Shown piece after piece: positions 38,097 through 51,099 of a stretch of 64,000 nucleotides of DNA. The notes below the pieces were generated by a model, which was not told the DNA's origin, did not search any database, and was given only the letters and a program-made list of their open reading frames with translations. Within the stretch, counting starts at the first letter, position 1. Each line of letters begins with the position of its first letter. The stretch comes from Tubulanus polymorphus (Eukaryota > Animalia > Nemertea). The position numbers and the translations under genes are program-made. Location: contig NC_134027.1 of the NCBI RefSeq assembly GCF_964204645.1, forward strand, positions 11,688,485 to 11,752,484, read 5' to 3'.

Positions 38097-39012
38097 CTAC
38101 AAGTAACAAGAAAACTAACGTTACAGTTTACCAACGCTTTAGAAATAACGTACATGTACATATTGCTTAATATTGTCGACAATAAAAAAAGATGATAGGC
38201 CAATTAATTATATACACTAGCAACATCAAAGATCAATAAAGTCATTTTAGATTTTTTAATATATCACTTATTGGATCGAATTGACTGGCAACCAGTCTAG
38301 CCACGATATATCGATGACATAGCGCACATCCTCTCATAATAATCAAAATGTGATCAGTCATGCGATCCACTCATCATCAATAATTGATTACCGTGTTTAC
38401 TTTTCTTGTTTAGCTACTCAGAACATCAGATAAAGAAAAACAATTGTTTCAAATTTCATGAAACAAGCCGGAAAGGCATATTTCTGTTTCAAGTTTTCAT
38501 TTGCCTCAGAGCAAGGCTTAAACGAACAATTACATTTTGGTAGCGTTTCATTGTAAGTTTTTCCTTTCAGCGTGCTGAGCGCAAAGGTATCTTTTTCGTA
38601 TTGATCTTACGCACTGTCGACACGCGACTCCTACCGACGCAACTGAGAGCAACCTCGATCGCAACCTAGCTTATGTAAACTGCGCTCTGACTTCCAGCAA
38701 ATGTGGCCAACTAGCAGGATACGGAATCCGCCAAGTTGCTTCCCTGCTTATATCGGTTACAATTATTAGCAACTGAACGGACTCAGATGATCATGTGACA
38801 AGCATTTTGAGAATAGGTTTAAATGATTTTGAATTGTTGGGAAATATATTTCTCGCTGAAAAGTTATTTCTTTAAAATCTCCATCTTTCCGACAAGAGGC
38901 CGCTAGTTGCTGCTAATCGGCGATAATCCCAGTTGCGTCGGTAGCCGTCGAGTCGCTCATTTACACAAGCCAGCCTTTATGGAACGCCGAATAGAATGAA
39001 TGCATAACTTAC

Positions 39013-39154
39013 TCTTTACAACTATCAGATACGTGGTCGTGTATATCGTATTTACAGTCCATTATCATTGTCAATGTTTCGCTGTCATTTGCTTCTTGGA
39101 ATGGCGGAGTTCCACAAACCAACATGTACAATATCACACCGAGACTCCATATAT
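39013..39154 (-). CDS. SNRK: SNRK coding exon 2 (142 nt)
   Basis: TTTCAG acceptor; (D)[46 protein letters not shown]; donor GA|GTAAGT; phase 1 in, phase 2 out; absent from the ORF track. Confidence 0.96.
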
Positions 39155-39222
39155 CTGAAATAGACGATTACAACGGCGTTAACTTCGAATTTGTACAAGA
39201 TCGTGTATATTTGGGTATTTCA

Positions 39223-40182
39223 CAGGGTGGTCATGTTCCGCCCATTTACAAATCCCCTTAAAATTTTCCATGATTTTTTCCATGCAATAACAAAGGTGAA
39301 TTAACGAAATCACTAGGGTTAAAATGTTACAATTCATTCATTTTTCATTAATCGCGTACCGTACTGATAAAGGCACCTGGTATTCAAATTCCCCGAATGA
39401 ATCAGGGAAAAAACTAGGTTTAAAATTTTCCATTTCCATTTCACTAATTCTTTTATGAAATGACATATTGATTTAGAAAAACAAAGGTCAATAGCATTAT
39501 TCAAATTCCCCAAATGAATTGGAGAAAAAACTAGGTTTAAAACGTTACAATTCATTCATTTTTCATGAATCCCGTACTGATAAAGAAACACGCGATCAAT
39601 AGCATAATCAAAATTCCCTGGATGTATCAAGAGAAAATACTAGGTTTCAAATGTTACAATTCATTCATTTTTCATTAATCGCGTACCGTACTGATAAAGG
39701 CACCTGGTATTCAAATTCCCCGAATGAATCAGGGAAAAAACTAGGTTTAAAATTTTCCATTTCCATTTCACTAATTCTTTTATGAAATGACATATTGATT
39801 TAGAAAAACAAAGGTCAATAGCATTATTCAAATTCCCCAAATGAATTGGAGAAAAAACTAGGTTTAAAACGTTACAATTCATTCATTTTTCATGAATCCC
39901 GTACTGATAAAGAAACACGCGATCAATAGCATAATCAAAATTCCCTGGATGTATCAAGAGAAAATACTAGGTTTCAAATGTTACAATTCATTCATTTTTT
40001 ATAAATCGTGTATTGATAAAGGAACCCAGGGTCAATAGCATTATCAAAATCCGCGTGCTGATAAAGAAACATGTGTTTATCTAAATTCCCTGAGTTTTCG
40101 GGTTTTTTTTAGTAAAATCTGTTAATTTCCACCAGTTATCCAGGATTTTTTTCTAAATTTTTCTGAGTTTTGCAGGACCCTG
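39223..40182. mobile_element. hAT-like element (CAGGGT...ACCCTG) with internal 327-bp near-perfect tandem duplication
   Basis: Termini and AAATTCCC subrepeats; identical shadow ORFs at 39334 and 39661 confirm the 327-bp period; subunits about 100-120 bp. Confidence 0.8.
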
Positions 40183-42227
40183 TTTCTGGTTTGGCGTCTT
40201 GAGTAAAAAATGACGGTGTAACACGCTTATTTTGAGATCTAGAACGAGAAAAACAAACGGAATCGACGCGAATAACATTAAAGAGTGTATTGTTTATAAA
40301 TACGCCGTCAGTCACAAAAATAGCAACGGAACAAGGTTATATCGGCTTCTGAAATCAATTAGGCCCACAACTTCCATATACCATCTTTGGAATCAGGTGG
40401 GTATACGCCTTTTTGATGTTTTCTTTTTATGTAGAAAATTACCCACTAGAAATTGAACCAGACGGACATTTTCACCGGCGATGCCGAAATCAAGTACACC
40501 CGGAGCCATCCTTTGATGTCGCCGAACACGACGTCCTAATTCGGATATCCCTAAAACCGCCCTTATTGGATTAAAACTGCAACATGGCTACGTGCGTTAC
40601 TTTCTCGTTTGACAATCGATTTCAACCATCTATGAACTCAGTCCAGAGAATATTCACGTGCATAGGCTCCGGGGCTTTTCTAACTATTCGGAGTACAGAT
40701 TTTCTCAAGGAAAAAAGAAGGGCGAATGGAAAAAATTTTCATTCTCATCACTTCACAATGTGAGGGAACAGGATGCTTTTGGTAGATCCATGATTTCCAT
40801 AAAGGACCATGGTTCCAGTCGGATCAACTCAGTGCAATTTACTTTTGACAACAAAAAAATCGATTTCTTCAAGGATTGGCAACGACGTATTAATGGGGTT
40901 TCCCCATGGCAGAACACAATCAATACTATGTTTGTTCTGTCCGTATCTTCGTGATTATGACGTCACTGGAAACGGCCTTCGTCATCCAACATGAACTTGG
41001 ATGCTGAAGGGCTTTCTCAGTGATGTCATTATCGAGAAACAAGGTCAAGCATCGACTAGAAGAATGGGGAAAACTTCATTGAAATTTTGAACATATTCTC
41101 CCAGTACTTCCAACCCCTATTTCCTTCCTAATGAAAAATTATCAGCTGTGTATATTCAGTGGTTACAATTTGTGCTACCAAAAGCTAACAGGAAGTTATA
41201 TTCAGAACTATTCTGTAAGGGTGAACACAGTTGATCCTAAAAGTGACGCGAAGAACATTCACCTGAAGGCTTTATACAAAATTTTACCAAGTCAAGAATA
41301 TACTTAATTTCAATTTAAACACGGATGACGCACACACTAACAATTTGCCTTCGACGAATGTCCGTTAAAAAAACAACATTGAAAGCAAGTTTATTCATTA
41401 CCAAACTAATAGGTTCTAAGATCGTAGCTGTTTCCATTTCCCATAAGAGTTTCTAAAATGTTCTTAAAGGTGGTAGAAATTGTTTCAACCCGAGTGGTTT
41501 TCAAAGAACATTCTACACGATAACGAAATAACAGGAAATTAGCGTTCCTTTAACGACGAGAACAGCGTTCACGCGAAACTCTAGGCTTAAGAAGTATACT
41601 GGTGGCGAGGCTCCATTTCAGCAGCGCGCTGGTATCCCGAAGGCATAAGACTTTTATCCAGATTATATCAACGACTGAAACAAACTCTATCCCGACGACA
41701 ACATAAAAGAAATATTTGATTCAATTCTACCCCGCGCTTTCTTCATTGGAAACTTAAAAAATTAAAGGAAAACTAGGATATTAATCCTTGACGCAAGATA
41801 CTGGCAATGGGGGATCTTTGAACAGTATTCCGTAAATGGAGCCTTCTCGCACCAAATTTGCCAGAATATACCGCGCTTACGGAATTAGTTGCGTTCACAT
41901 GGTGATTCATGATGGTTTGATTCAGCGCTTGAATTAAGCCCCCTTTCGTTTGCAATTCCAATGTCGTAATTAGGAGTGTTTTCAAGATGCGCCTCATCGC
42001 TATCTTGGTTTTCTTGTATACTTATGTTTGTCATCAAATCAGGTGATTAAGAAATGCATATCAAAGTCATTCTATTTGGCGGCTCCGTAACGTCTTAAAA
42101 CTATCTATATATTATGAAGTATTAAACCCCTAAAGCAGATGTCTAAAACAGATCAGTAATTCCAAATTCAAGGAAGTGCCTGCATCAATACAATAAGACT
42201 CCTAAATTGGTAGTTTTTATTTCAGTA

Positions 42228-43158
42228 AACAACAAGGCAATTTGATACTACATATCTACGTCCCCCGCGACCCCTGAAGACCCTAATCTTCGGTATCCAA
42301 AAATCAGTGATTAAGATTTTTAAACCTTGACCTTCGACCCTAGAACTCCAAAATCAGTACGGCACATCCTCTCCCAGGGGATAATCATACTATGAAATAG
42401 CATTGTCCTGCTATCAAGTTCTTCTTGAATCGCTTTTACGCGCAAATGACCTCTACTGACCTTGACCTTTGGAACCAGAAATCAGTAAGGCACATCCTCT
42501 CCCTAGGGGTTATCAAACTATGATATAGCATTGTCCTGGAATGGTTCTTCTTGAATCGCATTCACAAGGTTTGACATAAATGACCTCTAGTGACCTTGAC
42601 CTTCAGACCCCAAAATCAATAGGGCACATCCTCTCCCTAGGGGTAATACTAATATGTAATATCATCGTCCTGCTATAAATGGTTCGTCTTAAATCACGTT
42701 CACAAGGTTTCACATGAATGACCTGTTATGAGCATGGCCTTAGATCCTTGGACCCGAAAATCAATGGGGCACTCTGCTCCCTAGGAGTAATATTACTACG
42801 CAATATCATAGTCCTGCTATCAATGGTTCGTCTTAAATCACATTCACAAGGTTTCACATGAATGACTTATGACATTGACCTTTGATCCCAAAATCAATGG
42901 GGCCCATCCTCTCCTTAGAAATAATATTACTATGCAATATCATCATCCTGTTATCAATTGGTTCATCTAAAATCGCGTTCACAAGGTTTCACATGAATGA
43001 CCTGTAGTGACCTTGACTTTTGATCCTTGGGACTCCTAAATCAATAGGGCACATCCTCTCCCTAGGAGTAATATGACTATGTAATATCATAGTCCTGCTA
43101 TCAACGGTTCTTCTTGAATCACGTTCACAAGCAGATGACGGGCGGATGTGGATAAAAT
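42228..43158 (+). mobile_element. HINE-like element with about 120-130-bp tandem array (TGACCTTGACCTT family)
   Basis: About 7 units of TGACCTTGACCTT..AAAATCAATAGGGCACATCCTCTCCCTAGG; starts AACAAG, ends GGGCGGATGTGGATAAAA, complementary to ATCTACGTCCCCC near the start. Confidence 0.8.
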
Positions 43159-44949
43159 ACTGAACTCCGTTCTTAATTCAGTTACTGCCTATTCTTAGGA
43201 TGTACGACTTTTTAATTGTCTATTTCTCAAAATTGAAGGAGTTTTCAAAGAGTTTCTGGCATTTTGCTTTAAAAGCGTTTTCCACTTCGGAGTTTTTAAG
43301 AGATCAAGGAGTCGTAGGGACCCTGTTAAGAGTAGCGTACTAAAGTATGACCTTTCTACGCAGAGAATCTGCATCCACATTAGATATAATATACAAGTTT
43401 GAAGTAACAAATGGACGTTGGCAAGGACAGCAAATCCACAGCGTTTTGGCAGCAAATCAACAACTTGGATTATACCCCGTAGCGGGTTTCACGCTTGGCC
43501 GTGTTTCACTTTTAAGTACCAGTAAATATTTGTTTTATAATCACCAGGCTCGAGGATTATTTACTTAAAAGAATGATTTCGAATTCAAGAATCATTGAAT
43601 ATAAAAATCGCACACCGAAGCATGAAATCATGACACAACTCCCTATAGTACATTACATATAGGCTACCTAAAATCTTAAATTAGAACGCATAACCTGTGT
43701 AGGGTGCATTAATTCATTTAGTAAAATGTTTTAATCATGCCACAGAATGAACTCATTCATTAACACATGGTCCCTACAGATCAGTCATCCATGGATATAA
43801 GGCGTTTTTTAAGGAGAAAATTCCAAATTTCAAGGAAGCGTCCATACCACTTTGATATCTCAATAACAGTAGCCTCCTCCTAATCGTTACTGTTTATCTC
43901 GGTGAACCGTTAATTCAACGGTTTTGTAAGCAAATTTTTATCCTTGAGACGACCTTGACTCACTTTCTAATTTGGCAACCACCTAATTTGTTAAGTACAA
44001 ATCCCAACTGAACTGATGTAAGCACTTTAAGTACATTTGTCCAGTGCAATTTCACGAGGCAAATATTCCTCAAAATATGATTTAAAAAGGAGTTTCGAAT
44101 ATTTCACTCAAATTGAAAGACTTTCAAGCACCTTAAAAGCATTTTCCTTTCACAAGGAGTTTTAAAGGAATCGAGGAGTTGTAGGGATCCTGTTATATCA
44201 CAGAGCGCAAAGCCACACATTTCTTAATTCATGAAGCATTTGAATGGCATATGATCCACATTCACCCATAGGCTGAAATTCGGCCTTACGAATGGCACGC
44301 TGAACAAAATGGCGATTTTGAAATTTGAAACTGACCCTGCCAAATTCAACTCGCGTCTGATCCGTGTCAGTTTGGCCTGAGCCAAATTGTTTTTATGGAC
44401 CATGGCTTTTATAACTGATTTCTTAACAGTGTCGTCAGAAAGAAATTTTCAGTTGTATGGGTATTGGCTTATTGTTGCAAGTATTGGCCTATTGTTGAGT
44501 TCAAGGTTGTACCTGCAACAGTGACTTGATAACTGACTCGAACATGTTAGAGATATTTGGCGAACGGCAAAATGCGATGGAAAATCACCAGCGCACGAGC
44601 TGAAAACTCCGCCGCGCACTTTGCGTCCGCATTATTCAGGGGTCTTTAATAACAGATTCGCTTGGACCTTGGCAATGTTCATAATCGTATACGCGAATAC
44701 TTGCGACGACATTTTAAGACACGAGTTCACCGCTAATTTTTCGTCGTACGAAATGAGACCAGATATAAACTGACCTGATCGCAAAGTGTGAAAAGCCAAT
44801 AATAATATCACAGTCACCCTGCTTATTTGCTCTATAAAGCACACCTCACTAATCAAATCACATGTAAAGCACAGGGGTTCGTATTTCGACGTTTGAGGGC
44901 GAATACTTAGCTTAGATCATCCAGCATATCCCAGCTACTATTCATATAA

Positions 44950-45392
44950 AAAAGGGTGGCAACTCGTAGGCCTATCCAGACACTGCGATATTTTCTCAAA
45001 ATCGTTCAAAACATCAATTTTTTCGAAATATATCTACTGCATTGACATTTTATCATACAAAAAATCCTCTCAACCTTTGAACTTCAAGATATCGCGATGA
45101 TTCCCGAGTCCAAATCCAACGCATGATGCATCAATCAGAGCACCTTGAAGTTGAAAGGTAGAGGATTGTTGCCATACCATTTGCCGCACTAGATATTTTG
45201 AGGGTTCTCCAGTGCATATAATCGTGTTTTTGCGCAATGAAACGTCATCAAATGGTCTTTAAGTAGACATATTTTGAAAATTTAAGATGTTTTGAATAAT
45301 TTAAAAAAGATTTCACAGAAATCCTTTGGATATTTCAGGAGTAATGGCGGATTTAAATCAAAGTGTCTGGATACGAGTTGCCGACCTCTTCT
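44950..45392. mobile_element. Palindromic MITE
   Basis: GGCAACTCGTA(ggccta)TCCAGACACT vs AGTGTCTGGATACGAGTTGCC; inner IR AATCCTCT.AACCTTTGAACTTCAAG / CTTGAAGTTGAAAGGTAGAGGATT. Confidence 0.78.
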
Positions 45393-46416
45393 TTTTATAT
45401 GGGCCTATTCTAGTACAAGCTACTATTCATCCCCAAACTTCAAATACGAGCCCCAAACTTCAAATACGAGCCCCTGTGATACAAAGAAATATAGCTGTGC
45501 ACAGCAGCGATAATGGGTTTTCTGCTGCAGACAGCAGCAATAACAGGTTTTCTGCATTAACGATTCTGTTCAATCGGTGGTGCCATCTATTCATTCACTG
45601 GCACTGATTCATACAGTGTCTGGGACACATATCACACAGTGAATTTATAGCAGTGAATTGACGAAATTTCAATTTTTCAGTAAATTATAGAAATTTCAAG
45701 TTTTTCAATTCAAGGGTGACTTACACCTAAATACGCCTCAACAGAGCCCGGATTACCATTCCGTAAAGCGGAAGCAATTCATTTTTATTGAATCGACTTG
45801 TCAGTATAAATCAAGTCCTGGTATCTATCAACAACGTCATGAAACTAACGGAACGGCACTCAACTAAGAAATGTTGGCCGTTTCATAAGAAGCTATTTTG
45901 CAATGTTGAACAACAAAAAGCAATTTCCTGGCGACGATTCGCAAAAATTCCCTCGCAGCAAAGTTCATGATGCAATGTCGTTCATGATTGAATGTCGTCA
46001 GAAAGATTTTCAAGCCTAATCCAGGTCGCATAAAATCCGACCCGATAGTTCGGAACATAAGGAATCAGCAACTGATTTTTCAGTTGGGAAATTTTTTCAA
46101 CGACAGTGTACTTAAGATGGTTAAAACCAGTCGCAGAACAGTTGCTAGCTGAGCGAACATGTTCTATTTCTTACGACGTTCGGAACGGATCTTATGCGAC
46201 CCGAATGTACCTACGCTCGATCGTCAGGTCATAGCCAATGAACAGCGATTTTCACATCACATGACTCGTTCAAAACGATCGTGGATCTCGAGTGACCTGA
46301 GTGAAGCTAAGATCGGACAACGAATCTTGGCTGAATCGGCAACTCGGCCTCGCGATGCATTACGAGTGTTCTTAAGACTGAATCGCAGATGATCAGATAT
46401 TAGTGCAATCTGAGTT

Positions 46417-46578
46417 AGTGTTTTCGTAAGAAATTAAGAAGCCAGGTCCCTTCGAAAAACAGGAGGGTCCCATAATGTGTCACAGTCCCTGAAACGAAAG
46501 CTGGTTTGAAAAAACAGGTGTGTCCTTAAAAAATGACAGACGGGTCTGGGACCCGGGACCTGGCTCTTGAAAACACTG
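46417..46578. mobile_element. Short MITE
   Basis: AGTGTTTTC...AGCCAGGTCCC / GGGACCTGGCT...GAAAACACT. Confidence 0.65.
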
Positions 46579-47445
46579 AGTTAGGGTTAAGTCTTCAAAA
46601 ACACGTAACGACTGCGCAATATCATCTTTTGGTTTAAACGTTCGTAACACAGAGCATGGAATTAAAAAAGCTCCTGTAAACAGTCAAAGGAGTAACAATA
46701 GGGTTTTCTGCCAAATTGTCAGAATACCTCAATAACACGCTATTACGATAGAGAGAATGCCAGGAAGGCAATAATTCCCCATCGTTCACTTGCGCTAGAG
46801 TGACAAAGATACCTTACTATGATTTTATATTTGCTACTACCCAAAGATATCTAAAGATGCCTCCTGATCTTAACTTCAATTCTAATCTCTTTTTAGTTCA
46901 CCGAAATGCATTATGAAGAAGAAGATTGAATACCGACGATAAACGAAATAAACTACGACAAATAAGATCATCAGACGCCATTCTCTCTTCAAACATTAGC
47001 TAGATTTCCGGTTTCTTCCAAATATAACCTCGGTCGGTATTCAATTAGTTCAATTCGAATTTCTTATACTGCCTCTTATATACTGCTGCGGTATGGATGA
47101 AAATTCCTCGGTGTTTTTTCAGGTCTACCACTGGTACGCATGAAGTCTACACTTCGATGAGACTTCAATGCGAAGAACTGATCTACATCCGATAAAGGAT
47201 GCCTATATCGGGGTTTTTAATCACTGTCTGTCATTCGATCATAGGAAAAATGCTACAAACGCGAAACACTATTTCAGTCTGTCCGCCCGCCAGCACTTGA
47301 CGATTATTCACAGTAGCGGAATGGAAAGATTTTTAACAGTCGGCAACTTTTGTTTATAAATCGCCCATAATTGCCATCTGTCGTCCAAGATCGCGACTAC
47401 TCAATAGTTTTGTCCGAATTGCAGGCCACCACGGTGAGGCCTACA

Positions 47446-47820
47446 GTTGTCGACTACAGAAGCGATAAGAGCCTCCAGTTGTCGCGTTCCAACTCGACAA
47501 GTCGTCATATCTATGTCGACATATCGTGACGTTTTTATGACAAATTTTGCTTTGTCACCCATTTTCCACATTGCAAGTTGTCATTTTGATGACACGTCAA
47601 AATATAAGATGATGACTCCGGAAATATATATGACGACTGAGTTTCAAGTCGTCATAGATATGTCGACGTGTTGCGAGGAAAATGATCGAGAAAACGAAAT
47701 ATGTCATCAAAACGTCACGATAGGCTATGTCGACATGTTCATGTCGACTTGACGCGATATGTTGACATAAATATGGCGATCGACAACTGGAGGCCCTTTA
47801 TCACTTCCGTACTCGGCACT
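47446..47820. mobile_element. MITE
   Basis: GCCTCCAGTTGTCG / CGACAACTGGAGGC inverted termini with palindromic interior. Confidence 0.75.
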
Positions 47821-48054
47821 TCTACACTCGAGGTCGCCGTTTTGTGAATCTCACTGTAGTATATGATTTTCACCTCAGCGCTGATTGGTTGTTTTTCATT
47901 TGATTCATACAACATGACTTTGTTGCTATAGTCAACCGAGCGATTTTGTCACCGGCGACCACGTGTCAGCTGACATAGGTTGCCACTTTGGCTGCCGCAA
48001 ACTAGACGATAGCGCCAGTGAATGTTGCCACTTGGAGCAAAAACTAATTGTATA

Positions 48055-48282
48055 GTCGCAATCACACAGCATTTTTTGCCCGACCAAAAAACGTCCGAAC
48101 AGGCCCGAGCCAAATTTAAGCAACTAGATCCGGAAGTGACTAACTAGGGTAAATTGTCAAAGCAATGTTTTCTATCACGTGTGATTTTACGTGCGAACAC
48201 GCTCTCTTATTAGGCTCGGGCCAAGCTTGACTCCGGCCTGATCTGTGCTAGTTTGGCCTAATTGTTTCTGTGTGATCGTGGC
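48055..48282. mobile_element. MITE family A
   Basis: GTCGCAATCACACAG...CTGTGTGATCGTGGC. Confidence 0.78.
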
Positions 48283-48734
48283 CTATGTATAATAATTGAA
48301 CCAACAACTTTAGCAATATTACACAAAAAAAGAGATGACGCTTTTGAGCCATTTTCCATAGCTTTTCCGTAGCATTAGAAAGAAAATAATCAAATTTCCA
48401 TAGCTTTTCCAGGGTATGAAAAAATGCCCCTACAGTGGGGCGAAAACCCGTGCCACTGTTATTCTAATTTGGTTGTCTGGCTGACCGTGAAAATCCGAGC
48501 TTGTTTCGCTCAAGGTGTTTTTAACTTGCTGAAAATAGCCACAGGAAATTGTCAGCTGGAACTTGACATGTGTGTCCCTGAAGGCATCATGTCACAGCAA
48601 AGCTAACTGGAAACCTTTTGTGAAAACTAACATCATTTGGCCCCGATTTTAATCATTTATGAATGCCATTTCAGAGAATATCCACATTTGGCTGTGAAAA
48701 ATATCCATTACATAGTGACATTAGTATGAATTTT

Positions 48735-49760
48735 AGCTGATCTTAAAGGTCACCCCGAGTCAGAATACCAGCTGATCTTATGGGTTATCCTAAATCTGAA
48801 TGTCTGAAGATCTTAGGCCCTACCGGTTTGTTTCCACCTACCAGTCAAATACTAAGCCAATCTTATGGATCATTATCGCTAGAACAGTCAACTACCAGCC
48901 GACCTAACGGGTTGTCCTTAACAGTCCAAATACCAGCCGATCTTACTGTGCTACCCTTAACAATCTAAATACCAGCCCATCTAATGGATTACCCCAGCAA
49001 CCGAATACCAGCTGACTTCACAAGCTACCCCTAACAGTGCTAATACCAGCCAATCCCAGGCTACCCATAACAATCTAAATACCAGCCGATCTAATGGATT
49101 ACCCCTACAACCGAATACCAGGATACTTAATAGGCTACCCTTAACGGTCTGAATACCAGCCAAACTAATGGGTTACCCCCTGATGTCTGTATCAGCCAAT
49201 CTTATGGATAGCTCCTAGAACAGTGCAAATACCAGCCAATCTTACGGGCTACCCATAATCTTAATACCAGCCGATCTAATGGATTACCCCTACAACCAAA
49301 TAACAGGAGACTTAACAGGCTATACCTAACAGTCTGTATACCAGCCAAACTTATGGGTTAGGCCTACCCCTTGAAGTCTGTATCAGCCAATCTTATCGAT
49401 AACTCCTAGTACAGTGCAAATACCAGCCGATCTTATGGGCTACCCATAACAATCTAAATACCGGCTGATCTTACGGATTACCCCTAGAACCGACTTTTGC
49501 AACCCGTCACGTGGCGCCACCTACTGTATTTTGTTATGCTAATGAAATGAGCAGGTGATGACGTCACTGTTACGTTCAGGAGCGTCCGCAGAGCGGATTT
49601 TTAAGCATTATGCGAGCGTATGCTGATTAACCAGTCACTCATACACATCAGGCTACCCCTAACTGTTCCAATAGGCTACCAGCCGATCTTATGGGGTGCC
49701 CCTTGATTAGTCAGAATACAAGCCGATCTTCAGCTTAAGAGTTTCCCTGTATAAATACCA
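48735..49760. repeat. Degenerate minisatellite of about 36-39 bp, interrupted at about 49493-49645
   Basis: Recurrent ATACCAGCCGATCTTATGGG.TACCCCTAACA.TCT. Confidence 0.88.
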
Positions 49761-49765
49761 GGATC

Positions 49766-49830
49766 CAGTTCCACAGTTCCGAGTTAAATTTTACTCAAGA
49801 GTTAACTCTAACTCACAACTGTGGAACTGG
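49766..49830. mobile_element. Very short MITE (CCAGTTCCACAGTT...AACTGTGGAACTGG)
   Basis: Inverted termini; related copy at about 13809-13903. Confidence 0.75.
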
Positions 49831-49891
49831 GCCCTTTTTGACCAGGTAGTTCTAACCTATGGTTTTTTCTGCCTCAGGACCAATAGGCCTA

Positions 49892-50382
49892 CTGTCTGTC
49901 ACACCTGCTCTCCATGCGACGTTTAGGTCCGTAATTTCGTTAACAATCAATTAATCTGTGAATATTATGCATCAATTTGTTCAGTAAGATAGTTGCATTT
50001 AGAAATAAATCGTGAATTGGTATAAATTTGTTTGTGTTTTCATCTATCGGCGATTGTTTACCTAGCATACGTCCGTGTAATGCTGAAAAACGGCTTTTGC
50101 AAGCCGTCACGTGGCGCCACCTACTGTATTTTGTTATGCTAATGAAATGAGCAGGTGATGACATTACTGTAACGTTTCCGAGCGTTTTCAGTATTACGCG
50201 AGCGTTTGCTGAGTAAACTATCGCTGATAAATGAAAAAAAAAACAACATTAGCAAAAATTGTTGTTTATTCCTGAATGCAAAATCCTCACTGAACAAATT
50301 TATGCATAATAAAGGTAGATAAACTGATTATTAACGAATTTACGGACCAAAATGTCGCACGGAAAGCAGGTGTGACAGACAG
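49892..50382. mobile_element. TA-flanked TIR element (about 55-bp TIRs)
   Basis: TA|CTGTCTGTCACACCTGCT...AGCAGGTGTGACAGACAG|TA. Confidence 0.92.
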
Positions 50383-50495
50383 TAACTCACAACTGTGGAA
50401 CCGGGCCCTTTTTGACCGGGTAGTTCTAACCTATGGTTTTTTCTGCCTCAGGACCAATAGGCCTATTATCTATACTTGAAAGACGGAATACTCAC

Positions 50496-51099
50496 CAACA
50501 GCAGGGGCATCGTATGAATCTCCTAGTAATATTTCGGGAGCCGAGTACGCTAACGAGCCACATGAAGTCTCTAATTTCATTCCAGGTATGAATTTGTTAC
50601 TAAATCCGAAATCGGTCAATTTGACGATGCCTTGTTTCTCGAAGAAAACAACGTTCTCCGGCTTCAGATCGCGATGTACGACGTGCAGTTTGTGGCAGTA
50701 GGAAATCGCCTGGACGATCTGTTTGAAATACCGACGCGCCAGCGCCTCGTCGAGACCGCCGGAGAACTTCATGATGTGGTCGTACATATCTCCGCCGTCG
50801 CCGAGCTCCAATATCAGATAGAGTTTCGTTTGCGTGTCGATGACCTCGTAGAGCCGAACGACATGCGGGTGTTGCACGAGCTTCATGCAGCGTACTTCTT
50901 GGAACAAGTGAGCCTTCGACACGTCGTCCAGTTTCGTTTTGTCGATGACTTTCACGGCAACTTTTTCGCCAGTGAAAACGTGCCGAGCTAGTTTGACGAC
51001 GGCGAAGTGACCTCGACCGATCGTCTCCTCCAGGTCGTATAAACCGGCGATTTTGCAGTCCGAATCGCTGCTGTTTCTTCTACCGAGAAAGCGCGACAT
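50496..51099 (-). CDS. SNRK: SNRK coding exon 1 (kinase subdomains I-VIII)
   Basis: ATG at 51099; translation [43 protein letters not shown]...[29 protein letters not shown]...[22 protein letters not shown] is SNRK-diagnostic; donor G|GTGAGT after 50496 (phase 1). Confidence 0.97.

Noticed and set aside
39334-39882. Two identical 73-aa ORFs
   Set aside because: By-product of the 327-bp tandem duplication inside a TE
50632-50991. 119-aa plus-strand ORF
   Set aside because: Antisense shadow of the kinase exon
4529-51099. SNRK as a pseudogene
   Set aside because: Catalytic motifs, splice sites and the post-frameshift frame are all intact; one indel in an A-run is insufficient evidence
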